Shown here: one piece after another, positions 37,735 to 51,693 of the stretch
Numbering within the stretch: position 1 is the stretch's first letter
How the letters are laid out: each line of letters begins with the position of its first letter
DNA from: Iphione sp. A-MEVVRFRX5
Taxonomy: Eukaryota
Direction: 5' to 3'
Assembly: GCA_976226885.1 (NCBI GenBank)
Contig: OZ320313.1
Span: 144,956,001-145,020,000 of the forward strand
Length of the DNA: 64,000 bases
Translations under genes and position numbers: made by a program
Notes under the pieces: model-generated
Told to the model about the DNA's origin: nothing
The model's database searches: none
Seen by the model: only the letters and a program-made list of their open reading frames with translations

Positions 37735-39899
37735 GTGGTCACATAATTTAATGCTCCCCTAGAACGTATACATATAGTACCCTCAGGACGTGTCCTTCCA
37801 TCATCGTACTACATGTACCATCATCCACCGCGTTATCGTATCAGGACGAGGGGGGAGGGGTATGCATCATCCATCTTGTATAGAGGAGAGTAGCTGATAT
37901 AGTACCAATCATAGCCATCGTATCCCGTTTATTGCTAACACGCCATTCACCCCGAGCTGCTCGCTGGAGCCGCGACTGCGTAACCTTTGAGTTAATAGCG
38001 TAGGGAGCGATAATGACCCTACGGTGATCGGGTTAACAGTGGTCCTCGGGGGAATGCAAGCATCTACACAGACATGCAGCACAAATCTATCTCCTGTGTC
38101 GAATGCCATTTTGGATTCCGCTGCAGGTTAATCTGATTTTAGTTCCTTTTTCGGTCGCAAGATAGAAGTTTTCAAATTGCCCATTAACATTACCCACAGC
38201 ATAAAATTTCGTGCATTATTTTATTTTACGCCATGTGCACTTACATTTAGCCTTCCCATCGCGCGTGTATATGTGTATGTTAGAGCTTTGAATGCCCCAC
38301 CTGTACACGTTTCCTGGCAATCTTATCCATTTACAATTAATGCAGCGAAAAACAAATCCTGCTTGCATCGATTTCTTTTCTGGTAAAAAGAAAGAAGTAC
38401 TCGGATAGTATTAGCTATTCATGGAACACTTTTCCGGCCATAGCTTCGGCCACTTGTCTTTCAACGAGATCTGTGGCCGTAAAAAAAAAATCAGTCGGAT
38501 CAGTAATGCTCGTCGGATTTCGCCATTTCGGTAAACATTTGGTGGATAATATGTCACGGACAGTAACTTTCGACTCACCTTAAAAGCTGGAAAATAATCC
38601 TTGACATATCGACATCTTTGTATGAGTAAATAATACGCTTTGGGGGACTATTGTGCTCCACTGAATACCACTGTGTGTTTCAGTTGATGTACATGTACCG
38701 CACTAAACAGCCAACTCAGAAATATGTTTGACGGACAAATACCGTGGAATTTGTTCAGACCGGAGCATTTACCTCCATAATCTCACATTTGAAAGCCTCA
38801 GTAATATGGTCACCTCGACAATATGGTCGCCTCATCCTGTGTTGAACCAATGCCACTATGAAAAGGGATGTAGCCACCAGGAATATGACAAACAGAGGAA
38901 GCCGACCATTAAATCTCTAAAACAATTGCTGGTATGGGCTTATCAGACAGTTGCTCCACAACTTCAGTTGGCCACATCTCTTTTGAAACACCTGTAAAGT
39001 GATAAAGACACCACCAAAAGCATTGAAATAACACGGGATCAGGATCAGTGTGGCCTGTCAGGCAGTTTTACCAAATGAACGCACATGGTATTCATAGGAT
39101 TTAGTTATTCAGGAGAAAGGTGAAAGTTGAATATTCATTCTTGCAAAAAAAAATGTATTACAGTGGGGTTGTGTACGTTAAACTCCTGTACCAAGTACGT
39201 GTGTCAACATGAATACCTGTTTTGCTACTGGATAGCTAATTCCATCCCGACTGATGTTATTTTTGCTCAACACAAAATTAATAGCTTCTTCTTCAAGACA
39301 CGTTCTCTCAAGACTCATTTGTTAATGTACTTGCCTACTTCGTTTTCGTGTTTCGTCTTTTAATGATGTTTTGTAGTGCTGACACTGGACACCCTTAACA
39401 GGTCTATAGTTGTTCATCACTATCGGATTTAGGAAGAAAGGGTTAAATATATACAAAACAAAGCGATTCAAAACCAAATAAAAATACTAAGTGGAAATAC
39501 AAAAGAAATAGTTTCTATCCATGCCATTTTCTCCACACAAACAGAGCAAGGTTTGTTTTTTTGTAAAAAGAACCCAACCAAATGTTTTCGGCTTGCTGTG
39601 GGGAATATGTTTTCGTGTGTATGTCTGCTAGTCTGCCTGGCTATACTTACAGAGTCATATAAAACAATGCAGTAAAATCTGATACCGTTTCTGAATATGA
39701 GGAGTACTCAATTCAGATATGTTTTTAGTTATGATATATAATGGTCAGGTATTTGGTGTGGTTGCTTTGGAGGCACTAAGGACTGTTAATCCTGGAGGTC
39801 TACTCTATTTTCATCATTTCGAAATTGATAGTGCATTTTCAACAAGATTTTTCCTTAAAAAAGCACTGTCTAAAAGCGTTTTGTTCTTTGATGAGTCAT

Positions 39900-40360
39900 A
39901 GTCAATGGCACAGTGGATCAGCGTATCACACGATGTCACTGTGTTTCACAGTCTGTTACTTTGTGTCATTATGTCTTAATATAACTGTTACTGTATTATT
40001 GTGTCTACAGTTTGTCAAAATGTATCACTGTGTCAGTGTACCACTGTGTCACTATATGTCACTCTTTCACAGTATGTCAAGAGTGTGTCAATATATGTTA
40101 CAGTATTTAAGTGTCAGTGGGTCACACTGTATCACAGTGTAACAGTGTCACACTCTCACAGTGTCATGGTGTATAATCCTCGGTCACAGTATGTCACAGT
40201 GTCTCATGTTGTGTCACAATGTGAACATTACTGTGTCACTCTGTATCAGCTACTACTGTGTAACAGTGTGTCAGTGTCATAGTGTGTCACAGTATAGTAT
40301 TGTGTCACTTTGTGCCATAATGTGTCACACTGTGTCATAGTGTGATACTCTGCGACGTAG
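39900..40360. repeat. Low-complexity GTGTCA/CACAGT-rich tract
   Basis: Dense tgtcac, cacagt and gtgtca words; the ORFs called here are compositional artefacts. Confidence 0.85.
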
Positions 40361-43127
40361 TAGTGTGCCATAGTGTGTTAAGACGAGTCCCCTGAGAGAA
40401 GGGCAATATGCAGTCCAATGACCTGGCAAAGCAGCCATCTGGTGAGATAATGCTGAACTACCATTGGAAGTACATGTACATGTACTTCTGAAATATTCAC
40501 TCTTGCGTCTTTCAGAGTATTTCGGGTGGTGGTGCAGTGGTGCAGTGCACATTGCATCTATGACAATGAACATTTCATGTGGTAATGTGATGGTGTAGTG
40601 AGCATGAGAGTAAACATATTGGATGGTGTGATGTGTGCACTGTGTGCGGTGTGTGTGGCGATCCATGCAACTGGCGTGTCAGCCTCAAAAGTGGCAGATC
40701 TTACCCCACTTCCATAGAACTTAGCAATGAGAAGTAAAATAAACGCTCTCAGAGCGGAAAAGGGGATGCACAACGATCATGGATATTTGATCAGGAAAAG
40801 CTTGTTCTCATAGGTTTGATGATTCTTACATTTATATGTATCCATACATATAATGTTTTATTACGTTTAACAAATCCGATGTTGTTTTTGCAGGTGAGTC
40901 CCTAACTTGGAAATGAACAAAAAAAAATAAAACGTGATAAGAAGTGATCCCAGGTGAGACTTTCCAAATCTTTTAAATAAAGATATTGTCGCAGAGGCAT
41001 GGCTTGGTTAAATACATTCCCTCTGGCAGACACCACATGAAAAAGATTTCTTTTGAGATTTTTTCTAATGCTTAGATAAAATTAGTCTGTAACAAAAGTG
41101 AATTTTCATGAATGGAGTAGGTATACACAACTGGCTCTGATTAAAGGTTTCAAGGTAATTTCATAATGTGACATATTGCCAAAATTCTCAAAGGGAGATT
41201 CTTGATGAAATTGACCAATCAATTTGCTTGTCATCATCTAAATACAGATATACCTCTCTTAACTAAGCCTCTGATAACAAACCTTCTTAACACTACACAT
41301 ATAAACTGTTGCCTGAATGTAGTCCGGTCATGGGGAGTAGTTTTTATGTGCATGAGACGTTTCCTAATATTAATGATTTGTTTTCTTGCATGTGCTCTGT
41401 TAATGTTTTTTTAAATAAAAGATACTACCATATGTTCTGAGGTAGAAAACAGAATATAAAAAAGGTAGAACAAAATTCTGGCACTACTTTTTTAAGAGGT
41501 GCTGTAGACGAGATATACTCTTACATCTGTACGTGTGTGTTCAGTCAAGCAGAACTGAGGGTTGTAAAATTGAAGGACTTCAGTCAGTCACACCTCTAAC
41601 AGCCCCGCCTCTAGGAAACAACAAAGAAAGAGGTGTGCCACAGGCACTTGTTATAATGAAATTGGCTAGTTCTATAGACCAATCCTTAGGTCACTGTCTA
41701 CTGATCCATCTTACAAGTAGTAACTAAAATTGGAAGGGGCATATATAGGCACATGCTTTGCCAGGGAAAAAATTTGCTCATCAATATGAAACAAAAACTA
41801 GTATGATAATCCACACCGTAATGATGTGCTTCTGACATCGAAGCTATCACAATGATAGCGAAGTTATCTTAATAAAATGAAGGAGCGCGTTTACATCTGT
41901 ATTGTGTAGTTCGTTTACTTGTCGGAACGTAGTTGTTGTCAGTCCAACCGGCCAGAACGTCACTATTTCATGGGAAAAATTCATACATGACTAGAACAAT
42001 TAGAACCGTCAGCCTCGCGTTTACCCCCACTTGTCTGCGCAGATCCTAGGGTTTTCATCATATATTCATGAATTTGGTCTTCAATGCTTCTGTGAATAAT
42101 AAAATACGCAATAACCTGAAAATATAGATTCCCAGAACACATGTACTTATTCAGGAGATCCAGTGCAAGTGGCAGTGGTAAGGTCCGGTCCAAAGGTGAC
42201 CAACTGTTCATTACAGTGTATTAGTTCAGGATTAAAACACCAGGCGGCATGACCATGGAACATTACAATAGGATGTCATTTTTATCTGGTACAAGTACAA
42301 TTATGGCAAACCCGTTTTGCGCAGAGACCTTAAACGTTTATACCATTAATCTTATCGTGTTTATTACATAGAACAAAGTAAGTTTCCCTCCGAAAAGAAC
42401 ATCTCGGAGAGTATTGATTTCATTCATGTGTCGTCTGTCCCATAAAGTGATAGATTGTTGTACATTTCATAGAGCCACAAAGAAGTCGGTCTAGTTTCTC
42501 TCGGAATTACATATTACATCATTACATCTCTCTGGAGAGTCAGAGTCCATGCTAATAAATATGAATCTTCGATCCACTAGATGTCGGTACTAGCCAACGA
42601 CTAATACCTCTTCTATTGGAGCGACCTGTTGCTCATAGACGGTTGCCATGGTGATGCTTGGTTGGAACATCCATCTTGACCTATGCGTATGGCCCCAATC
42701 AACTATGGTGTATCCAATCAGCAAGCTCGACGAAAATAAATGGCCGTCAGGTGAGATGAGCCACCGGACCCCGCCACAGCCTAAGACACTATACCTGTCC
42801 ACCCAGTACGACGTAGGCCTCACCACTGTATTTGTTATCTCCCAGTCAAGCCTTACAGTGAATTACAAAATTCTTCGAAAACAGCCTACCTAAACTAAAG
42901 ACTAGAAATATATGGATGTGGTGCGAATGTTGCTCATTAAATCCGCCATCAAAATCTGATATTTATAGAGTGGAAATCAAGCAAAATTAGAAGCAAAATT
43001 AGAAGCTCCATTGGTTTGGTGCATATACATATATATTGGTGTAGTGGACACTCCGATTACTTAATCAGGAGTGGGCAGTATTCAAAACTGCAGTAAGCAG
43101 TTGCTCAGGAAAGAAATATAAAATAGT

Positions 43128-43128
<1 letters not shown>

Positions 43129-43180
<52 letters not shown>
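43129..43180. repeat. (AG)n microsatellite
   Basis: Direct reading. Confidence 0.97.
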
Positions 43181-43184
<4 letters not shown>

Positions 43185-44110
43185 GTGCGGGGGTCTACTT
43201 AAGAGTTCTGACCAACGCTTGCAGCCACAAATAGAGCTAGCACACGTTAGAGGGACGCGCTTACCGTTATCACAAGGTTAAAGATCTCCGCACCTGGTAT
43301 TCATCGTGCTGCTGCATACATATTTCAGCAGCGGTACATGTAAGAACTTGCATGTAGCTTCCCCAGAGTATAATATTATGGCCAGCCTGTTGCTGGTAAC
43401 CAAGGGAGAAGGAATTTCAGGCTCAAAAGTGGTGGAGACGGACGTATTCAAGAAACACGTCCCTGTATTTTTTTATGCAGAGACATACACAGGCGAAACA
43501 AATACAAATCGAGCTGTAAGGAACGAGACTGAGCAGTATCTGAGGAATCTCGAGCTGGGGCCGTTTCCGACTCGGAAGAATCTGTCTGGATTTCCGCATC
43601 TTTGCACTTTTAAAGATTAAACCTGCTACATACAGTACATGTATCTAAGGTAAGCCCAGTGGTCGCCGACACCGTTCTGCTGGACTCCTGGCCCACAGTG
43701 TACATAATCCACTGCAGAGCTCACTCTCGCATACAGAGAGGAGCTCGTCCTGAGCAGCTCCTCGGGAGCCCTGTGAGGAGGTGGTTGGTAAAGGGAGCTT
43801 GCCCCCGAACCGATGTTATCACCAGAAACACTCGACTTGAATAGGCTCGTATAGGTACGGGTTCCATGAGCAGAAGGCCCCAATTTGGGACAGGTGGCGC
43901 TGTCGGCAGCGGTCGCTGCAAACTTCTCACGAGGTCATCATTTGTGGCAGGTAACTATGTTAGGAAGTAGCCATGGAGTCAACAGGCGGGGCTACATGTG
44001 CTCCAAATGCATTTGTTTCCAGGCAAGTATTGCATGCGTTTCTGCTACACAACGTTTATCAGACAGTGCGGGAAGGCCGAGATCATGCATCGCATCACCT
44101 CATGTATTAT

Positions 44111-44114
<4 letters not shown>

Positions 44115-44154
<40 letters not shown>
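44115..44154. repeat. (AG)n microsatellite
   Basis: Direct reading. Confidence 0.97.
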
Positions 44155-44158
<4 letters not shown>

Positions 44159-44993
44159 AAAGAGTGAGAGCGAGAGATGGGTGGAGGGGATGAACGTTTA
44201 GCTATGCCTTATATAACGACAGTCATTACGCAGCACACACCGAGCCAGTTCACACATTATTCTCATTACACATTCATATATATATATTATCACATAATTG
44301 ATCTGCTTCAATACGTTGTTTTAAAAAAAAAAAAAGGTAGCGCAAGTAAATTAGGGTAAAATGGAATCCATACCTTCATGATGCAAAAGGACAAGACCAG
44401 ACGGATGACCTCCGTTCCCTATAGTGCAAACGCACTGCCCTCCTGCCATTCAATGTTATATTTTAGATCTTAATAAATCTCTCTCTTTCCCGTCTCACTC
44501 TCACTCCCCCTCTTCCACTCTCTCTGCTTCTCCCTCCCCTCCCAGCTCCCTCTCTCGCCCTCCCCCCCCTCTCCCCCTCTCCCTCTCACCTCTTTTTTTT
44601 AATATGTTTATTGAACTGGAGTAGAACATACATAATTACACTACCTCTTTTAAAACGGCTGCTGGAAATGGGTTGAAAGTAGATCAGTCAAGCAGTTCCT
44701 TCCTTTGCTTCACAAAATATGTTATTTATGTATATTTGGCCTTCCTAGAGGCACCTTCTAGAAAGACTTAGGATACAAACTCTAAGACATTATTAAAATG
44801 CAGCAATAAGAAAAAGAAATTGGGAGAAGGGCACTATTTCCCTTAGTTGGGTAGTGATATTGTCCTACTTTCACATCTGGGTCACTTCAGGGATAGACAG
44901 ACCACATGTACCAACAACCCCTCTTCCCACCACAGTGAGGGGGGGGAGGTGTTATAGTATACCCAACGGTTTACCGCTATTTCGGACCTGGGG

Positions 44994-45097
44994 CTTGGCT
45001 GTCCTCCTGTCATACTGTCCCCCACACCTCGTCAGGTTCTCCCCCGGCCTTGGCTGTCCTCCTGTCATGCTCAGATGTCCCCAACACCTCATCAGGT
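44994..45097. repeat. ~55-bp tandem duplication
   Basis: cttggctgtcctcctgtcat...acacctc.tcaggt at 44994 and 45049. Confidence 0.88.
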
Positions 45098-45898
45098 GGT
45101 TGCAAACATTTTACCCAGTAGTTCACCTTTGTGGTCCGAAGTCACTGGTCCAAAGTTTTCACATTCCGCTACAGTGTGTTCTCCCATTTTAAAACAATCA
45201 GTGCAAGCGCCAAAGGCACTTGTACTATTTAGTTCCAGTGCATTCCGCTATACTCTTCTCAAATGATTATAGACAATGTCATGTAATGCGATGCTTAGTA
45301 GTGACAGCATACATATTTACAGAATATGAGTATGAATATAGTGTGGTAGTACTAACCATACATTCAGACCTTTCTGAACTAACACCATCTTATATTCGTT
45401 TTAGAGTGTATCTAGAGTGACTAACTTTGATATAGTATTTTAATGGGCCTGCTCTTCTCTAAATGTACAAACGGCGACAAGAATAATTCTTAACATTTGC
45501 GATGAAAATGATCTTCAATGATAAACCACATGTCTGGGGTAGCCAAGAGCTTAATAGAAAACTATGATTGATTTAGATCAGCAAAGCAGCCACAGTAAGG
45601 CCGGCTTCTCATGTGTCCTGAAATTTCTGAGCATGGGCTACATGCGCCGGAAAAAGAACGATCTAAGGCATTCTGCCTGAGGTTATTCCATGTATATGTG
45701 GTCTATGGTCTGTGGTCCAGAGATATCCGTGGACCAAAAATGACCCTGGGCCATAAATTTACACCTTTTCCAGACTCAGAAGACTGATATGGACAAGTAA
45801 CATACTGAAATATGTGTTTTAAAAAGGAGAAACACTGTGTAACATATGTTAGATGATGTGAAATATTTTGTGATTTGCATATCATTTGCATTAAAATT

Positions 45899-46098
45899 CA
45901 GTTTACACAGTATCGGACAGAATTCCTCAAGATCAGCACAGAAAACTCACAGTTTACACAGAATGGACGGAATTCCTCAAGATCAGCATGAAAAACTCCC
46001 AGTTTACATGCACAGAATGGACAGAATTTCTCAAAAAAATCACAGTTTACACAGAACCAGACAGATGTCCTCAAAATCAGCACAAATAACACACAATT
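45899..46098. repeat. ~50-bp degenerate minisatellite, ~4 copies
   Basis: Recurrent cagtttacacaga...aattcctcaagatcagca. Confidence 0.85.
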
Positions 46099-49000
46099 TC
46101 AATCTAGACACGTGCACACACAGAGTTTGTGATAAGCTTTCTGACCGTCTCTGACTGTTCCAGGCCATTCCCAACTCTTCCTGACTTGTATACATGGAAA
46201 GCAACTATCTATGCCAGTCCGGAAAACTGGTTGATTTTCCAGACTGCTATAGAGTCCAAAATGGAATCTGTACACATGGAAAGTGGGCCTAAAGGGTTCA
46301 TCCATTATTACATTCAGAGCATGCGTGCGCTGAAGGCTTCAGTCATTTTCACATGGTACCGACCGTGAGAAGTGCTGTGTAGCTTGGCGGTAATTGAGAG
46401 GTTGGATTTGTTATATCATATTTTGATCATTGTCTTCTGTAGATGGAGAACAAAAGATCACTAGAGTAATCCATCAAGTCCATTACATGTATATTATATC
46501 GATCGCGTTTAATTTTATTACAGGTACATGTAGATGAGGTGGACGGTAGATTCAGAATTTTGTGCAACACTAGGCATAGGGTTCAGACTGGTATTTCATT
46601 TATATTGAAAGCTTGATGCAAGCTCTGATATAGAGCAGAAGAATCTTTATAAGGCAATAAAAGTGTTGAATTTGCCAAAACCTAAGCATTTAATAACATG
46701 CACACGTTGGAAACATTTGATTGAATGCTGTCAATACATTTGTATCTATATACTGTCTCTTTAATACAATATGAAGTTTTAGAATTTATGTTTACAGGTG
46801 CAACGGTCTTGGAGAGAAAGAGGATATGGAAAAGTAAATTATTGTCATTTCTTAGCACTATGCCATGAGCGATCGCGTTGTAAAGTGCAACTGTTATTTT
46901 CTAGCCTTATTCTAAAAAGCTTTTTATACGCTTATTTAACTGTCCGTATTACAGAATAGTTTTTGTGGTAGGTTATTATACAGTCTACAAAGCGCTTTTG
47001 TTCCTCTAGTTGCACTGAAAAAGGGCAGCCCTGTAATTACTAAATATGGTTTTACCTACCTTTCTTCTCGGATATTCCTTATTAATTGGCACTTTTTGTA
47101 GAGCACATGGCTTTATACACTATGTTTATAATCAAGAAAAGAGTCATGCAAGTGTCATTTTACTTTTGTGTTGTGCTGATATACATGTACATTAGGCCTA
47201 TATGTATATTATTCTCGAAATGTCTCAACGATTTTGTTTTACGCCAAGATGTTTTCTAATTCAATTTCTATCATTTCTCGCAATTATACAAATGGACACA
47301 ATTCTCAGTTTTAATTGATATGTTTGCAATGAAAGGTGCCCGTTCACTATTATATTCTTTTTAATATGCTCTTTATGTATGTGAGCAATTTACGAAGAAT
47401 ATAAAATAATTCAAGTGCTTTATGTGTCATGAACTTAATGGTAATGTACGTGCATGTTATAAACTATATAATGACCAGAGTGATCAGGGAAACAATTGTT
47501 TGCTTGAAAACAATTATGGTTTTCAGTCCTGACATAATCATCAAGTATGCCTTAGCCAAAAGGAGAGGTCTGACTGTTAATTGAGAACAAGAAATTCGAG
47601 GAAAAAAATGTTAACAGTCAACAGAGAAAATCGTTATTTTTAAAAATGTTAGACATGGCATGTTTTCAGATTCAACGCGCACAAGCAGTGACATTCCATC
47701 GAAACCCTTATACATGTTCCCTCAAACGCGCCGAGTCGTATAGGGAAACAATAGGTACAAGTTCTTTGTCATTCTGACATGAGGATTCAGATGGCATGTT
47801 TTTTTTCTGGCTGTCGACCAAGTGGCCGACTGACACCCTGACACTCTACATGGGCAAACTTATAGTAGAGCTACTTGATGAATGGCTCTGGCAATATGTT
47901 GCTCCAATACTACTAATATATCAACGTTTCCCATACCATGAAGAGGTCTGATGCATGTGGCATTCGCATCCTTCAGAGACTGGTCTTATTCAATAAAGAT
48001 TCACACCAAATTATCTTAGATTACCTAGAATTGTAGTCACACATGTACGGTGGAAAAACTGCATATTTCTAGACCTTTTCCTAATCTCTGAATCCGCAGT
48101 TTGTTCGACGGATTGCAGTTTATCTAAATTTAAGGAAACATGTACATTTAGCCTATTGCCAATTGTCATTACATGAACGACGGCATAAGAACATCCGTTC
48201 ATATCTTAGATTATGATAGTCTGCTTTAGTGATAATTCAATTTTTTATGTTCTAATGATTATTCATGAAAAGGCACGTTGAGTAAAATACTGGTTAGCTA
48301 TTTTCCCATTACCAGTATTTTTACATATATACATGTATCTTTTATCCAGCAACGCACCCATTTGCGTTTCTAGGTGCCTATTGAACTTTAACAGAGTTAT
48401 TCACATGGCTCTATTACAAAATAGCAAAGGATCTGTTTGCGTTTCTCCAATCTGTCTAGGATGGGTTAATATGCAAACAGATTATATCATCGTGCATCTC
48501 TATGGGGGATCTATGCACAATGCATCATGAAAAGTACAGTGGATACATATAAAACCCACCTAATGGACCTATCGCAGAAGTGTGTCGTTATTAAGGATGA
48601 CAGTCGGGGTAAACCCTGCTGTCAGGCAACTGACTCCTGTCTCCTTTCGATTACATAAGAGCTGTCACTCTGTGCATCCCACAAGTTTATTCTCCCTCAT
48701 TATTTGGTGTAACGATTCTCTTGTTTTCATTACTGCCACTAACAGGATATCACATTTGAAAACACCTGCTGTTTTTCTCACACCATACAATGACAAGCCA
48801 TGAGCAGGTTAGAGTATCCAAATCGGACGTCTTTATTAAGAAATATTTTTCGTGCTGATGATGGTTTAGACAAAGGAACAGATCCTTCACTGCTACTATG
48901 GTTCCTTAGTGACTAAAGCCCGGTGATGTTGATGGTTGCATTATATATATTATTATGAATATGCTATTTATAAAGCCATACACGGAAGCTCGAGGTGTTT

Positions 49001-49320
49001 CTGACAGTGGGCAACAAATAATTGGCTTGCTGCCACCAGAAATACGAACAACAGTAGAGTAAAAAACAACCTACTATGGACGCCCATGCAGCCACTGAGG
49101 ACAACTCTCACAATGGACGTATTAACAGTAGTCCCTCAGACTACCCATTGTATCCTATTGAACGTTGCCCAACAACTACAGACACTCAACTACAGTAAAC
49201 ACTCGCCTTTGGACAGGCAATTTACAGTCCCGAACAGAGATATTAGCGGGTCTACAACAGACAATATGGCCAAATTTACGACCATATACTCAGATATTGC
49301 CAAACATATCCTTAGATATG

Positions 49321-49610
49321 CCAACACCTGACGTGCGTGTGAGGGGCAGGCTGAGAGAGATCGAGAGGAGTAAGGTGACAGTGCTGACGATACACTCAGA
49401 TCTGCTAACACCTAAGGAAGGTGTGAGGGGAGGGCTGGCAGAGGTCGGGAGGACTGTCATGGAGAGTACCGACCTTATCTTCAGATGTACATCTGCGGTA
49501 TGTGTGAGGGTCAGGCTTGGAGAGGTTTGGAGGAGCAGGGAACAGTGCCAACACCTGAGGTAGGTGTGAGGTGCAGGCGGGGAGAGGTCAGGAGTTGGGG
49601 GAGAGAGAGG
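49321..49610. repeat. Degenerate purine-rich tandem repeat
   Basis: Recurrent gtgtgagg...caggct...agagg and c(c/t)aacacct motifs. Confidence 0.65.
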
Positions 49611-51640
49611 GAGAAGGGGTAGTTCAGCTACAGGGGACACCCCCTACTACAGACGCTTTTAGCAAAGTCCTGTCTATGTCCGCTGAATAATGAATGATAT
49701 ATTCTAAGAAGAATAGAGAGCTACAGGTTTCATAGCAGTACCAAATTTAGGTTAATAGTTTTGATATAAATTTGAAGACTTTATATAACTTTAGATCACT
49801 TGCCACGTCAAACATATTCTTATTTATTTTATACCTTAAGTTATGATGCAGGGACACTATGGCGGAACATTTTTATTGCAAAAAAATGCGAACTGTTTTC
49901 ATTTGAAATATTCAGTAGGCTTTCTATAAGCATATAGATATCGGCTACCCAACATCGCTAATATAGGTTCGTCGGCAGAAACTATCTATATGGTAAGAAC
50001 ATAAATGTAACATAAAAAATGAATTAATGACAATGTCCATGCGAGCAACCGATATTTTTAGGAGTGCATATTATGCGCATATTATTAGTATTGACAATCT
50101 CACACTAAAATTCCTCTGGGTGAGAATTGTGCGGGGCACAATTGATGCTCCAGGAAAGCCCTAAAATATCCCTTGAGTCACTTAGGTAGCTTTAGATGGA
50201 TATATATATTGCCCTAGAGCGCCTACCGCCGACACAAGAATAGTATGTCAGCTTCTGCCCAATTTTGAAGATAAGTACTACGGCAAATACCTACTGAATG
50301 CCACCTTTTCCTCCGGACTACTTATAGTCTAGGTAACCACACCAATGCTAAGCTTGGCCCCAGACAAGGATGGTACCCGTGTTATGTATTGAAACACATT
50401 TTACGAAGCAGCAGCTATCACCATGAGCAACTCGACTTGGAGGGCAACCCAGAATTAAACGTTGGTTTGGCCGGTCCTAATGGTTTACTTCCTGTAATGT
50501 AGCAACTCAGGGTAGCAAGGCAACTTGCAGATGAGAGCGGAATTCTCTGCTTCCATTGGTGGTCTTAATTCTCAGTTGCTCGTGTATATTATTGACAAAT
50601 TCTTCATATCGTGTTCGCAAATTTTATATCTAGAATAATTTTGTTAACAGCAGGTGCACATTTCATGCACCGAGGACAGCGTTATTGAGAAGGGGACAAT
50701 ACAGATTCAGGATGAATAAGACCTAATAAAAAAAAAGTTCTGTGTTTCTGATAACCTGACCAACCCTATATTAGAGCCCATTGTTACTTTTATTGTTTTT
50801 ATTGTTTTGTGAATATCTTTGGAATGAATAATGATAGAGACCAGTAAATGATTTATGCAATACACCATTGTTTGTGGAGCAACAGAGCTACCTACCTACC
50901 GACCCTATATTTTTCAGGCCTTAGGCGCGTTGGGGACCTTAAGTGCGTGTGAAGTCTTGACAGCAGACCTTGCCCTCGCACTGAGAGATGCATGGCGAGT
51001 ATGGTTTAGTGCATGTATCTTGCGCGATCATTGGGCAGATGGCGCCACTCTTGGCGAAATGGCGACAGCGCACGGTGGTGGCGGTGGCGGCGGCGACAGG
51101 GGCAGGGTGGGTGGGGGAATCAATCAGGCGGTGTGGAACTAACAGTCTACTTCAGAAAAGCATCTATTTTGCGGCGATGCACCACATACTTTAAACAGGC
51201 TGGGGACAAAAACCTGTATAATTCACTTGAGTTGCCTTGCCGTTCAAAGCATATACATGCTATATGTATATCCTAACGCCTTATCCTTCGTGCCAACGAG
51301 TCTCCCCACTACTTTCTCTGTATATACCGATGAAAATGTCATCTTTTCTATTCTACGAGAGTGAAAGAACGTATATATATATTGTTGCTTTTGTCTGTTT
51401 TACATGTATGTATGAACAAGGCTATGTATGACCAATGTGCAATGCATGTGCAGTTTTGATGAACTAAAAACAACTTTAGCCTAACGTCCTGTAAAATGGC
51501 AATGTTTGAACAATCAAAGACATCTTTAATATAGGCTACTTAGAGATAAGCTCAAAATATCTTCATGAATTAAGACGTCCTTAGTAGGCTGTGGGTAACA
51601 TGCAACCAATAATATTGGGAGCGACTTCCCACAATTCTCT

Positions 51641-51643
<3 letters not shown>

Positions 51644-51690
<47 letters not shown>
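51644..51690. repeat. (CT)n microsatellite
   Basis: Direct reading. Confidence 0.97.
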
Positions 51691-51693
<3 letters not shown>

